This document shows positions 13,501 to 23,600 of a stretch of DNA of 64,000 bases, piece by piece. Location: NCBI GenBank assembly GCA_963739455.1, contig CAVUAK010000003.1, positions 160,001-224,000 of the forward strand. The letters run 5' to 3'. A model generated the notes under the pieces. That model saw only the letters and a list, made by a program, of their open reading frames with translations, made no database searches and was not told the origin of the DNA. The stretch comes from an uncultured Gemmatimonadales bacterium. GTDB taxonomy: Bacteria; Gemmatimonadota; Gemmatimonadetes; Gemmatimonadales; GWC2-71-9. A program made the position numbers and the translations under genes. Every line of letters begins with the position of its first letter. Position 1 is the first letter of the stretch.

Positions 13501-13821
13501 GAGATTGATGGGCTTCGCTCGGAACTTCGGGAACGCTTCGGTCCGCTTCCCGTGGAGTCCGAAACGCTGCTGGACATGGCACGGCTCAGGGTGCTCGGGG
13601 CCACGCTTGGAATCCAGCACATTCTCATCCGCGGCGACGAAGCCCGGGTGACATTCCGCGCCGGTGTGGCGCCGCGAATGGCGAAGCTGAGTACCGCGCT
13701 CGACGATGTGCAGCTGGTGGCCGAGGTGCGACGCACCGTGCCGCTGGCCCTGCGCCTCGAGCGCCTCGGGGGGGAAGCATTGATGCCCGCGCTGGTGCGG
13801 GCGCTGCGGGCCGTGGTCTGA
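10542..13821 (+). CDS. mfd: Transcription-repair coupling factor, frameshift near 11465
   Basis: EFSSRGGIVDV, VVHLDHGIG, MDRLLVGDVGYGKTE, DEEHRFGV, TATPIPRTL, QLRGRVGRS across two consecutive ORFs. Confidence 0.95.
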
Positions 13822-13859
13822 CACGGCGCGCCTTGACTCGAACACGAATCGGAGATGGC

Positions 13860-15299
13860 ATGCGGCGACTGTTGCTGGTGGTGTCGATGGTGGTACTCGC
13901 GGGCTGTAATCGCGACATGTTCAAGCCCTCGAGCACGGTGGCCGTGGCCGGCTCGGCCAAGCTGTCGCCGGAACGGCTCGCCGACTTCGTCCTCGAGGCG
14001 AAGGGTGCGCAGCTGAACAACGAGACCGCCGACTTCATCACGAATGTGTGGGTGGACTATTCGCTGTTTGCCCAGGCCGTGGCCAAGGGAGTGAACCTCT
14101 CGGACTCCGCCACCATCGCGGGTGCCATGTGGCCGCAGATCACCGAGCTCAAGGCCACCCTGTGGCACGACTCGCTGATGGCTCAGCGCATCAAGATCAC
14201 GCCCGAATCCGTGACGCAGGCCTACAATGCGGGCGATGTCCGGATCTTCCAGCACATCCTGGTGCGGTCGTCGGCGACGGCCACGCCCGAGGAGAAGGCG
14301 GCCGCGCGCAGGACGGCCCAGAAGGCCATCGCAACGGTGAAGGCCGGGACACCATTCGCCCAAGTGGCGTCGCAGGTGTCGCAGGACCCGGGCAGCGCCC
14401 GCGACGGCGGGTTCCTGCCGGCGGGTCCCAAGGGACGGTTTGTGCCGCAGTTCGACAGTGTGGCGTGGAACCTCGCGCCCGGCGAGATGACCGGGATCGT
14501 GGAGACGCCGTTCGGGATTCACGTCATTCGTCGCCCCCCGCTTTCCGAGGTGCAGGATCGCCTTGACGCATACCTGCGCCAGAGCGAAATGGGCGCGCTC
14601 GACTCGCTCTACATGGACAGCCTCGCGATCCACCGGAACCTGAAGATCGAGGCCGGGGCGCCCGCGCTCATGAAGGAAGCGATTGCGGACCCCGACAAGC
14701 AGAGCAAGTCCACCAAGTCGCTCGCCGTGTACGATGGCGGGAAGCTCACGGTGCAGGACTTCCTGCGCTGGGCGCGCGTGCTCCCGCCGCAGGTCACCGG
14801 GCAGCTGAAGACGGCACCAGACAGCATGCTGACGCGCTTTGCGCGGATCCTGTCCACCAACATCCTCTTGATCAACCAGGCCGATTCGGCCGGCATCAAG
14901 CCGTCGGCGGCGCAGTGGGCCGACATGGTGACGCAGTACAACCAGCAGCTTGACACCGTGAAGGCGCACATGGACCTGGCGCCTGCCGCCGATTCATCCG
15001 CCTCGCAGGCGGAGCGGCTCAAGGTGGCGGACGCGAAGGTCGATGCCTACATGGACCAGATCCTCGTCGGCACCAAGCGGTTCATCCCGCTGCCCTCGTC
15101 GCTGGCCATGGTGCTGCGCGAGCACAACAAGGTCGACCTCTCCGATGCCGGCGTGGCGAAGGCACTCGAGATCGGTCGCGCGCGGCGCGCGGCGAAGGAT
15201 TCCACCGCGGGCAAGGACTCGACGGCGCAAGCGCCAACCGGCATGCAGCCGGCGCCCGGTCCCGCGCCCGTCCCGGCAGCCCCCGCGCCGGGGAACTGA
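13860..15299 (+). CDS. Parvulin-type peptidylprolyl isomerase lipoprotein
   Basis: Lipobox VLAGC; HILV...SQDPGSARDGGFL...FVPQF...VETPFGIHVI. Confidence 0.85.
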   Translation: MRRLLLVVSMVVLAGCNRDMFKPSSTVAVAGSAKLSPERLADFVLEAKGAQLNNETADFITNVWVDYSLFAQAVAKGVNLSDSATIAGAMWPQITELKATLWHDSLMAQRIKITPESVTQAYNAGDVRIFQHILVRSSATATPEEKAAARRTAQKAIATVKAGTPFAQVASQVSQDPGSARDGGFLPAGPKGRFVPQFDSVAWNLAPGEMTGIVETPFGIHVIRRPPLSEVQDRLDAYLRQSEMGALDSLYMDSLAIHRNLKIEAGAPALMKEAIADPDKQSKSTKSLAVYDGGKLTVQDFLRWARVLPPQVTGQLKTAPDSMLTRFARILSTNILLINQADSAGIKPSAAQWADMVTQYNQQLDTVKAHMDLAPAADSSASQAERLKVADAKVDAYMDQILVGTKRFIPLPSSLAMVLREHNKVDLSDAGVAKALEIGRARRAAKDSTAGKDSTAQAPTGMQPAPGPAPVPAAPAPGN

Positions 15300-15320
15300 C
15301 GCGGCAAGGGAGGCGTGACG

Positions 15321-16728
15321 ATGTACCGGAAGGTTGGGGCTGGACTTGCAGTGGCGGCGTGGCTCGCGGGTGCGAGCCACGCCGTGGCACAAGTAGACAG
15401 CACAAGCGACAGCACGAAAGTCACGGCGGAGGTGCAGTCCGACCTCGATGCGCAGGCCAGCGCCGACCTCTTTCGGCGCCCGGCCATGTCGGTCGACCGC
15501 ATCGTAGCCATCGTCGGCAAGCAGGCCATCATGCAGTCGCAGCTCGACGAGCAGTTCTTCCAGCTCGCTCGGCGGCATGCCGCCGGCTGCGGCGCCCAAG
15601 ACGGCGGCTGACACCGCCAGGATCCGCAAGCAGGTGCTGTCCGACCTGGTCGATGACGAGCTGCTGGTGCAGGAGGCGGTGCGCGACACGTCGATCAAGG
15701 TCACCGACAAGGAAGTGTTCGATGCCGTGGCTGCGGCGGTCAAGAACATCCGCGACCGCTATACCACGGAAATCGAGTTCACGACCCAGTTGCATGCCGC
15801 AGGGTTTTCCAGCCTGGACGAGTATCGCCGGTTCCTCGCCGAGCAGTCACGACGCGACATGCAGAAGGAACGGCTGAAGCAGCAGCTCAAGGACAAGGGC
15901 AAGCTCAAGCCGATCGCCCCCAGCGAGCAGGAAATGAAGGCGTTCTTCTCGGAGCAGCAGGGACAGTTCGGGAGCCGTCCGGCAACGGTCACGTTCCAGC
16001 AGGTCGTGGTGGCACCGCGGCCATCCGATGCCGCCAAGGCCCGGGCACTCGCGCTGGCCGACTCGATCCTGGCCGAGCTCCGCAAGGGGGCCGACTTCGC
16101 CGTGGCGGCGAAGCGGTTTTCCGCCGACCCCGGCTCACGTGAGCGCGGGGGCGAGCTCGGCTGGGCCCGGCGCGGCGTCTTCGTGCCCGAGTTCGATCGC
16201 GTCGCGTTCTCGCTCAAGATCGGGGTCATTTCGGAGCCGGTGGAGACGCCGTTCGGGTACCACCTCATCCAGGTGATGCGCACCCAGCCCGGCGAGATCC
16301 AGGTGCGGCACATCCTCATTGCGGCCGAGGTGACCGCGGCCGATGTCGACAGTGCGGCGGCGCATGCCCAGCAGGTGTACAGCGCGGCGCTGGCCGGGGC
16401 ATCGTTCGACTCGTTGCAGCGCGCGTGGCACGACGGCACCGAGGAGCGCGAGGCGTCTGCCGTGCCGCTCGACAAGCTCCCCGAGGTGTACAAGCGCGGC
16501 ATCCTCAAGACCGACAGCACGACGATCGTCCCGCCCTTTGCGCTCGAGTCCCCCGGTGGCGGGAAGAAGTACGCGGTCGTGCTGGTCACCGAGCGGCGCG
16601 CGGAGGGCGAGGTGACGTACCAGGACGTGCGCGATCGCGTGCGACAGATTCTCTCCGAGGATCTCGCGGTCCAGAAGTACGTCGCCCAGCTTCGTCGCGC
16701 CACATACGTCGAGGTGCGGGCGTCCTGA
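15321..16728 (+). CDS. surA: SurA-like peptidylprolyl isomerase, frameshift near 15566
   Basis: Signal peptide and VDRIVAIVG; SADPGSRERGGELG...VETPFGYHLI; lies directly before pdxA as in the conserved surA-pdxA order. Confidence 0.8.
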
Positions 16729-17642
16729 TGCGCCGCCTCGCGGTGACCCTCGGCGATCCGCGCGGCATCGGTCCCGAGATCACCCGGGCGGCGCTGCAGC
16801 TGCCGCTGGACGCCACGGTAACCGTCGTCGGGCCCGACGACCTCATCGAAGACATTCCCGCAACACATCGAATCGGCGTCGGCACCTGGGCCCAGGGCAC
16901 CGGTGACCGGCCCGACCACGCGCGAACGCTGCGTGCTGGCCGCCTGGCGGGCCATGCGGTCGAGGCCGCCGTGCGCCTGGCGCAAGCCGGCGAAGTGGAC
17001 GCCATCGTCACGGCGCCGGCCAACAAGCACGCGCTCCACCTGGCCGGATTTCCGTACCCTGGCCACACCGAATGGCTGGCGCACCTCTGTGGCGACGTAC
17101 CGGTGGCGATGATGCTCGCCTCCGACCGCCTTCGGGTGGTGCTGGTCACGACGCATGTGGCCCTCCGCGACGTGCCGGCGCTGCTTACCAGCGAGCGCAT
17201 CGTGCGGGTGGCACGCACCACCGATCTTGCGCTTCGCGACTGGTGGGGCATCGCGGCGCCCCGGCTGGCGCTCTGCGCGCTCAACCCGCACGCCGGCGAG
17301 TCGGGGCTGTTCGGGGACGAGGAAATCCGTGTGCTGCGCCCGGCCGCCGAGACGGCGCACCTGGCGGGCCCGTTCCCGGCCGACACGGTCTTCGTGCGCG
17401 CAATGCGGGGTGAGTTCGACGCCGTGCTCGCACCCTACCACGATGTCGGCATGACGGCGATCAAGGTCGCGAGCTTCGGCGAGGCCGTGAACGTGACCCT
17501 GGGGTTGCCGTTTCCCCGGACCAGCCCTGATCACGGCACGGCGTTCGACATCGCGGGGAGAGGGACCGCCGATTCGACTTCCATGCGAAGGGCGGTTGAG
17601 CTGGCGGGCGTGTTGTCAAACAGCGTGAGGGGTGAGGGGTGA
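16728..17642 (+). CDS. pdxA: 4-hydroxythreonine-4-phosphate dehydrogenase
   Basis: TLGDPRGIGPE, GHTE, LNPHAGE, GPFPADT, YHD, VNVTLGLPFPRTSPDHGTAFDIAG. Confidence 0.96.
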   Translation: MRRLAVTLGDPRGIGPEITRAALQLPLDATVTVVGPDDLIEDIPATHRIGVGTWAQGTGDRPDHARTLRAGRLAGHAVEAAVRLAQAGEVDAIVTAPANKHALHLAGFPYPGHTEWLAHLCGDVPVAMMLASDRLRVVLVTTHVALRDVPALLTSERIVRVARTTDLALRDWWGIAAPRLALCALNPHAGESGLFGDEEIRVLRPAAETAHLAGPFPADTVFVRAMRGEFDAVLAPYHDVGMTAIKVASFGEAVNVTLGLPFPRTSPDHGTAFDIAGRGTADSTSMRRAVELAGVLSNSVRGEG

Positions 17643-17645
17643 GGG
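17625..17645 (+). repeat. (GTGAGGG)x3 heptamer array overlapping the pdxA stop
   Basis: Read directly; reverse complement of the array at 18088-18209. Confidence 0.9.
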
Positions 17646-17723
17646 GGCGATCCGTGCGCTAGAATGGCACTACGCCGAGCCATATGATGCGGTAGGGAGT
17701 GCGCGTATCCCTGAAGCTGTGGC

Positions 17724-18077
17724 ATGCGCGATCATCGATCTTTGGAAGCGTGGCAGGAGGCCCGCTCAACCGTTCTGGAGGTTGTGGCACTGTCGCAGGG
17801 CAGTTGGAAGCCGTGGGCAGCCGCGTTGTTCTCCCAGTTGCAGCGCTCGTCCCTATCTGTTCAGCTGAATCTTGCCGAAGGCTACGCATACGGCAGGACG
17901 CGCACTGCCTTGCGACACTGGCGCATCGCGTATGGATCCGCCATCGAGACGGGAGATCTGGTGCGACTCCTGGGGGACGCCTCGGTGATCGGTCAAGTTG
18001 AGTCGCGCGCAATGGCGCTGCGCAATGATCGCGTGCAGCGGCTTATCTGGGGACTCATTCGGTCGTTGCAGGAATAG
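17724..18077 (+). CDS. Four-helix-bundle protein (23S rRNA IVP/bAvd-like family)
   Basis: MRDHRSLEAWQEA...QLQRSSLSVQLNLAEGY...IAYGSAIET matches the family pattern. Confidence 0.88.
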   Translation: MRDHRSLEAWQEARSTVLEVVALSQGSWKPWAAALFSQLQRSSLSVQLNLAEGYAYGRTRTALRHWRIAYGSAIETGDLVRLLGDASVIGQVESRAMALRNDRVQRLIWGLIRSLQE

Positions 18078-18087
18078 GCCACATTCG

Positions 18088-18209
18088 CCTCACCCCTCAC
18101 CCCTCACCCCTCACCCCTCACCCCTCACCCCTCACCCCTCACCCCTCACCCCTCACCCCTCACCCCTCACCCCTCACCCCTCACCCCTCACCCCTCACCC
18201 CTCACCCCT
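18088..18209 (+). repeat. (CCTCACC)x~17 perfect heptamer tandem array
   Basis: About 122 bp of uninterrupted 7-mer ending at the hisG stop codon. Confidence 0.97.
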
Positions 18210-18838
18210 TACGCTGTTTCCTCCAGCCTCCGCATCACTTCAAGATGTCTCTCGAGCTTCAGCTTCTGGCTGGCGCGATTCGCGATCAGGGTCGCGGTGA
18301 CCGCCAGGATCGTTTCGTGCTCGACCAGTCCGTTGGCGCGAAGCGTACTCCCCGTATCCACCAGGTCCACGATCCAGTGTGACAGCCCCAGCAGTGGCGC
18401 CACCTCGACCGATCCGCCCACCTCGATGATCTCCACCGCCCGGCCGAGTGCGGCGAAGTAGGCGCGCGCGAGGCGAGGATACTTGGTGGCGACGCGCGGC
18501 GTGATACCCCCCGGCAACGACGGATAGGGCACTGCGGCGGGCGCGGCGACCACCAGGCGGCACTGTCCGAAGTCGAGCTCCAGGGGCTCGAGCACGTCGG
18601 GGTTCGCCTCGCGCAGCACATCGGTGCCGGTGATTCCCAGGTCCGCAGCGCCCGACTCGACGTAGATGGGCACGTCACCCGGTTTCACCTCGAGGAACTC
18701 GATGCCCGGTTCCACCGACGGGACCAGCAGGCGACGACCCTTGTCGCTGGCCGGAGCCATGCCGGCCCGGGTGAAGCGCGCGATCGCTGCGTCCCAGAGG
18801 CGGCCCTTGGCGAGGGCAATGCGCAGCGGCGCACTCAC
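18209..18838 (-). CDS. hisG: ATP phosphoribosyltransferase, short form
   Basis: LRIALAKGRL, DVPIYVESGAADLGITG, RVATKYP, GSVEVAP, DLVDTGSTLRANGL; 209 aa. Confidence 0.96.
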   Translation of the reverse strand: MSAPLRIALAKGRLWDAAIARFTRAGMAPASDKGRRLLVPSVEPGIEFLEVKPGDVPIYVESGAADLGITGTDVLREANPDVLEPLELDFGQCRLVVAAPAAVPYPSLPGGITPRVATKYPRLARAYFAALGRAVEIIEVGGSVEVAPLLGLSHWIVDLVDTGSTLRANGLVEHETILAVTATLIANRASQKLKLERHLEVMRRLEETA

Positions 18839-19806
18839 AGCACAAGCTCCGCGATGGCGTCGAGGTCGAGCGACAGGCCGACGGCGGGCATCGGGTGCCC
18901 GAAGCGTCCCATGAGGCCGTCGTACCGGCCGCCCGCCCCCGCGGCCCGCCCCGCCCCCGCCACGAACAGCTCGAACTGCAGGCCGGTGTAGTAGTCGAGG
19001 CCCCGCACCTCGCCCAGGTCGTAGACGACATGCGCCCGCTCCGCGGCGGTGAGGGCCGCATCCAGCGCCAGGAGGTGATCGAGTGCCGGCTGCGCGGCGG
19101 CGCTCGCACTCCCGCGCGCCGTTTCCAGGGCCGCGCGACGGCCCATGACGAACGGCAGCGTGAGGAGGGAGCGCGCATCGCCGTCGAGCGGCGTGAGGGC
19201 GCGGACCAGGCTGCCGCGGTCCTTGCGGTCGATCCAGCGCCGGGCATCAGTCCGGAGCGCCTCGGGGAGCGACGCGAGGGCGGGCGCCAGCGCACCAATG
19301 TGACCCACGTTCAGCTGGAAGTCGCGCAGCCCCACCGCAGCGGCGAGGCGCAGCACCAGGCGGATGAGCTCGAGGTCGGCGGCAAGCCCTGCAGCGCCGA
19401 GCAGTTCCGCGCCCACCTGGAGGATCTCGCGCGGGCGCGCCCCGCGGTCGGGCTCCTGGCGGTACACCTTCCCGGAGTAGCAGAGGCGGAGCGGCAGCGG
19501 CCGGTCGGCAAAGGCGGTGGCCGCCACGCGTGCCACGCTGGCGGTGAAATCGTATCGGAGTGCGAGGGCCCGGCCGTCGAGGTCGAGGAAGCGGATGAGG
19601 CGCTCGATCACTGTGGGTCCGCCGGCGCGCACGAAGATCTCCTCGTACTCGAAAGTGGGCGGGCTCACCTCCTCGAACCCCGCCTCCTCGAGCACCGTGA
19701 GCGTCGCCCGCTGGAGCGCGCGCCGACGCCGCACGGCTTCACCGGTGAGGTCGAGCGCGCCAGGGGGCACGAGGGCAATCGCCGAGCGTGGCAGCGGGCC
19801 GCTCAT
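18835..19806 (-). CDS. hisZ: ATP phosphoribosyltransferase regulatory subunit
   Basis: HisRS-like LRYDFTASVAR, REILQVGAEL, LDYYTG, GGRYDGL; coupled to short hisG. Confidence 0.93.
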   Translation of the reverse strand: MSGPLPRSAIALVPPGALDLTGEAVRRRRALQRATLTVLEEAGFEEVSPPTFEYEEIFVRAGGPTVIERLIRFLDLDGRALALRYDFTASVARVAATAFADRPLPLRLCYSGKVYRQEPDRGARPREILQVGAELLGAAGLAADLELIRLVLRLAAAVGLRDFQLNVGHIGALAPALASLPEALRTDARRWIDRKDRGSLVRALTPLDGDARSLLTLPFVMGRRAALETARGSASAAAQPALDHLLALDAALTAAERAHVVYDLGEVRGLDYYTGLQFELFVAGAGRAAGAGGRYDGLMGRFGHPMPAVGLSLDLDAIAELVL

Positions 19807-21134
19807 CGTTCGGCACTTCCCTCGTCGGCCGGCTTCGATCGCCCGACGACGCGCACCCGTTCGACCCGGCGCCCCGCCATCGAACGGATCTCGAAGTCGA
19901 AGCCGCCCACCTGCACCAGGTCGCCGGGCTTGGGCAGGCGGCCGAGCTGGCCGAACAGCAGGCCACCCACCGTCGTGTAGCTGGTGTCGTCGAGCGTCGC
20001 GTCGTACTCGGTGTTGAACTGGCTGATCGTCGTCGAACCGTCGATCACCGTGCCACCCTCGTCAGTCGGCAGGTGATCGGGCCGGTCGTACTCATCGAAG
20101 ATCGGTCCCACGATCTCCTCGAGCAGGTCTTCCATGGTGACGAGACCTGCCGTGCCGCCATACTCGTCGAGCACCACCGCGAGGTGGACCTTGAGCTTCT
20201 TCATGTCGGCCAGCACATCCTCGACTTCGCGGGTGCCGGGCACGAACAGGGGCGGGCGCATGATGGTGCGCACGACGGCACCGGGCGCCTGCCGGAGCGC
20301 GGACAGGATGTCCTTGGCGTGAACCACGCCGACGATGTCATCCAGGCTCTCAGTGAACACGGGATACCGCGAGCGGCGCGCTTCCGCCACCCGGTCGGCC
20401 GCTTCTCCCACCGGCAGGTCGGCATCGAGCGCCACCATTTCCGTCCGCGGCGTCATCACCTCTTCAGCGGTCTTCTCGGTGAACTCGAACACGCCCTCGA
20501 GCAGCCGGGCATCCTGCTTCTGCAGGGAACCGAACTCCTGGCTCTGTTCCACCAGCAGCCGGATCTCCTCGGGCGAGTGCAGGCGGTCATGCTCGCCGGT
20601 GCGCTCGATCTTGAAGAGGCGCAGGATCGCGTTCGCGGTGCTGTTGAGGATCCAGATGGGCAATGCCATGACCCACGCGAAGGCCATCAGCGGTGCCGCC
20701 ACCCACCCGCTTACTTCTTCGGGGTACAGGAGCGCGAAGGTCTTGGGCACGAGCTCGCCCAGGATGATGTGGAGTACGGTGATGATGGTGAACGCAATCG
20801 CGACCGCGAGCGTGTGGGTCGCGATCGTGGCCATGGTGGCAGGAAGCCAGCGGAACCCCGCCTCGATCAGGTGGGCCAGCGCCGGTTCACCCACCCAGCC
20901 CAGGCCCAGGGATGCGAGTGTAATCCCCAGCTGGGTGGCCGAGATGTACCGGTCGAGCGATTGAACCGCGCGCCGGGCAAGCCTAGCTTTGCCGTCGCCA
21001 GCCCGGCCCATCTCCTCGAGCCGCGTGCGGCGAGCGCCCACAAGGGCGAACTCCGCCGCGACGAAGAACGCGTTGGCGAGGACAAGCAGCAGGACAGCGA
21101 ACAGTCCGGCCGCGAACGGCTGGTCGGGTTGCAT
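19803..21134 (-). CDS. CNNM/DUF21-CBS-CorC (hemolysin-family) protein
   Basis: NAFFVAAEFALV, QLGITLASLGLG, GELVPK, VMTPR, DEYGGTAGLVTMEDLLEEIVG. Confidence 0.93.
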   Translation of the reverse strand: MQPDQPFAAGLFAVLLLVLANAFFVAAEFALVGARRTRLEEMGRAGDGKARLARRAVQSLDRYISATQLGITLASLGLGWVGEPALAHLIEAGFRWLPATMATIATHTLAVAIAFTIITVLHIILGELVPKTFALLYPEEVSGWVAAPLMAFAWVMALPIWILNSTANAILRLFKIERTGEHDRLHSPEEIRLLVEQSQEFGSLQKQDARLLEGVFEFTEKTAEEVMTPRTEMVALDADLPVGEAADRVAEARRSRYPVFTESLDDIVGVVHAKDILSALRQAPGAVVRTIMRPPLFVPGTREVEDVLADMKKLKVHLAVVLDEYGGTAGLVTMEDLLEEIVGPIFDEYDRPDHLPTDEGGTVIDGSTTISQFNTEYDATLDDTSYTTVGGLLFGQLGRLPKPGDLVQVGGFDFEIRSMAGRRVERVRVVGRSKPADEGSAER

Positions 21135-21174
21135 CCCGGCAACTGTAACCACTTCCCGGAAGGCCCGCGAGTCG

Positions 21175-22506
21175 ATGATCCGCCGTCTCGTCGTTCCGCC
21201 GCTGGAGGGGCTTCGGCCCTTCCTGCCGCAACAGGGTCCTGCGGACACGGCGACGCGGCAGACGGTTGCGCGCATCCTTCAGCGAGTCGCCACCGAGGGC
21301 GACCGCGCGGTGCAGGCGCTCACCCGGGAACTCGATGGCCTCGACCTGTCCCCCACGGCTTGGGAAGTGCCGCGGGCAGAATGGGTTGCGGCACTGGGCC
21401 GACTGCCCGCACCGCTCCGGGCGGCGCTCGAGCTGGCGGTGCGTCGCGTGCGCAGCTATCACGAGCGGCAGCGCGATCCGGGGTTCGCCGTCACCGAGCC
21501 CGACGGGACGATCCTCGGCATGAAGGTGACGCCGCTCGATCGCGTGGGACTCTACGTGCCAGGTGGAAAGGCATCGTATCCGTCCTCCGTCATCATGAAC
21601 GCCGTGCCCGCCGTCGTCGCCGGCGTCCGCGACATTGTCGCGGTTACGCCTCCCGGCGGCTTCCTCACCGACGCTGTCCTTGCCGCCTGTCACCTTGCCG
21701 GGGTCACGCAGCTATTCCGCATTGGCGGTGCACAGGCCGTGGCGGCGCTGGCATACGGTACGGAGACCATACCGCGCGTGGACAAGATCGTGGGCCCTGG
21801 AAGCCGCTGGGTGGCCGAGGCGAAGCGGCAGGTCATCGGGATGGTGGGCATCGACTCGATCGCCGGACCCACAGAACTGCTGGTGATCGCCGATGACTCG
21901 ACTGATGCACTGCGGGTGGCCACCGACCTCATCGCACAGGCCGAGCACGACGAGGATGCCTCGGCCTGGTGCGTCACGACATCGGCCGCACTGGCCGATG
22001 CGCTCCCGGCTGCCCTCGAGGCAGTGCTGTCCCTTGCCCCGCGCGAGGCTATCGCGCGCGCCTCGCTCGAGCGCAATGGCATGGTGATCCTGGTGCCTGC
22101 CATCGACGATGCCATCCGCGTGGCCAACCTGCGCGCACCGGAGCACCTGGAAATCCTCGCTCGCGACGCCGGCACGGTGGCCGCAGGTATCCGCCACGCC
22201 GGCGCCATCTTCATCGGGCGCTTCACTCCCGAGCCGGTGGGAGACTACATCGCCGGCCCGAGTCACGTCCTGCCCACCAGCGGCACGGCGCGCTATGCCT
22301 CCCCGCTCGGCGTGTACGACTTCATCAAGCGCACGAGCGTCATCCAGTACAGCGCAGCCCGGCTCGCGGAAGACGCGCCGCACATCATCGCGCTCGCGGA
22401 GGCGGAGCAGCTGGCGGGGCACGCGGAAGCGGTGCGGCTGGCGGCGGGAAGTCAGGCGGCGGGAAGTCAGGCGGCAGGAAGTCAGGGGGACGGGTTCACA
22501 GAATGA
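21175..22506 (+). CDS. hisD: Histidinol dehydrogenase
   Basis: GLYVPGGKASYPSS, DKIVGPG, AGPTE, QAEHD, APEHL, GDYIAGPSHVLPT. Confidence 0.96.
   Translation: MIRRLVVPPLEGLRPFLPQQGPADTATRQTVARILQRVATEGDRAVQALTRELDGLDLSPTAWEVPRAEWVAALGRLPAPLRAALELAVRRVRSYHERQRDPGFAVTEPDGTILGMKVTPLDRVGLYVPGGKASYPSSVIMNAVPAVVAGVRDIVAVTPPGGFLTDAVLAACHLAGVTQLFRIGGAQAVAALAYGTETIPRVDKIVGPGSRWVAEAKRQVIGMVGIDSIAGPTELLVIADDSTDALRVATDLIAQAEHDEDASAWCVTTSAALADALPAALEAVLSLAPREAIARASLERNGMVILVPAIDDAIRVANLRAPEHLEILARDAGTVAAGIRHAGAIFIGRFTPEPVGDYIAGPSHVLPTSGTARYASPLGVYDFIKRTSVIQYSAARLAEDAPHIIALAEAEQLAGHAEAVRLAAGSQAAGSQAAGSQGDGFTE
22441..22485 (+). repeat. 15-bp tandem repeat (GCGGCRGGAAGTCAG)x3 in the hisD 3' end, encoding AAGSQ x3
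   Basis: Read directly. Confidence 0.9.
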
Positions 22507-23459
22507 CAGCCAACGACTCGGATCAGCCTGCCGCCTCACCTCCTGCCGCCAATCGCCTCAAGCAGGTGCTCCTGCTCACGGCTGGTTTCATGGTCGTCGA
22601 GGCCATCGGTGGCTGGGTCAGCGGCTCCCTCGCGCTCGTGGCCGATGCCGGGCACATGCTCACCGACGTGGGCGCACTGGCACTGGCGCTCGTATCGGCC
22701 CGGATGGCGCAGCGCCCCGCCGATCATCGGCGCACGTACGGCTACCTTCGCCTCGAGATCCTTGCCGCGCTGGTGAATGGTGTCGTCCTCGCTGCGCTCT
22801 CGGCCTGGATCATCTTCGAGGCAATACGCCGGTTCCGGTCGCCCCACGCCATCGAGGGCCTGCTCTTCGCGGGCGTGGCGCTTGCGGGTCTCGTGGTAAA
22901 CCTGGTGGCGTTGCGCCTGCTCAAGCACGACTCCCACGGGAGCCTCAATACCCGGGCCGCCTACCTGCACGTCATGGGCGACCTGCTCGGCTCGGTCGGT
23001 GCGCTGCTGGCGGCGCTGATCGTCATCCTCACCGGCTGGACCCTCGCAGACCCGATCGTGTCGGTGCTGATCTCGCTGCTCATCATCGCCGGCAGCTGGC
23101 GGTTGCTGCGGGAAAGCGTGGAGATCCTGCTCGAGGCGGCCCCGTCACATATCCCGTTGCAGGAGGTGGAGCGGCGGATGCGCGGCGTGGAAGGCGTCAT
23201 TGCCGTGCACGACCTGCATGTGTGGACGCTGACGAGCGGGGTGGTGGCCATGAGCGGGCACGTCGTCGTCCCCGATCTCGCCTCGCATCCCCGCGTGCTC
23301 GCGGCGGTGCAGCGGGAGGTCCGGGACATCGGGATCGGGCACGTCACCATCCAGGTGGAGTGCCTCGACCAGTGCATGCCGGACGCGGAGGGACCCCTCG
23401 CCCGGGGAAAGGGCGGCGCGGGCGGGGCCCATGCCCACGGACACCCCCATTCGCACTAG
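22503..23459 (+). CDS. CDF family cation efflux transporter (CzcD/ZitB-like)
   Basis: SGSLALVADAGHMLTD, TYGYLRLE, AYLHVMGD, HDLHVW, His-rich tail. Confidence 0.94.
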   Translation: MTANDSDQPAASPPAANRLKQVLLLTAGFMVVEAIGGWVSGSLALVADAGHMLTDVGALALALVSARMAQRPADHRRTYGYLRLEILAALVNGVVLAALSAWIIFEAIRRFRSPHAIEGLLFAGVALAGLVVNLVALRLLKHDSHGSLNTRAAYLHVMGDLLGSVGALLAALIVILTGWTLADPIVSVLISLLIIAGSWRLLRESVEILLEAAPSHIPLQEVERRMRGVEGVIAVHDLHVWTLTSGVVAMSGHVVVPDLASHPRVLAAVQREVRDIGIGHVTIQVECLDQCMPDAEGPLARGKGGAGGAHAHGHPHSH

Positions 23460-23600
23460 TCTGGAAGTCGGTGCGGGAGCGGCACTTCCGGAGGGGTCGG
23501 GCGGTCTCTTGCGGTGCCGACCGTCGCAGTCTATATATGCGCCGCTCAGGCCCCGTCCGGGGTCACAACGTTGGTGAATTCGCAGGGGAAGCGGCACACA

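Noticed and set aside
17724..18077. Avd of a diversity-generating retroelement, or an rRNA intervening sequence
   Set aside because: No reverse transcriptase, TR/VR pair or rRNA seen in the window.
18088..18209. CRISPR array, or the PHPSPLT-repeat ORF at 17998-18300
   Set aside because: Pure 7-mer tandem with no spacers or cas genes; the ORF is just a translation of the repeat.
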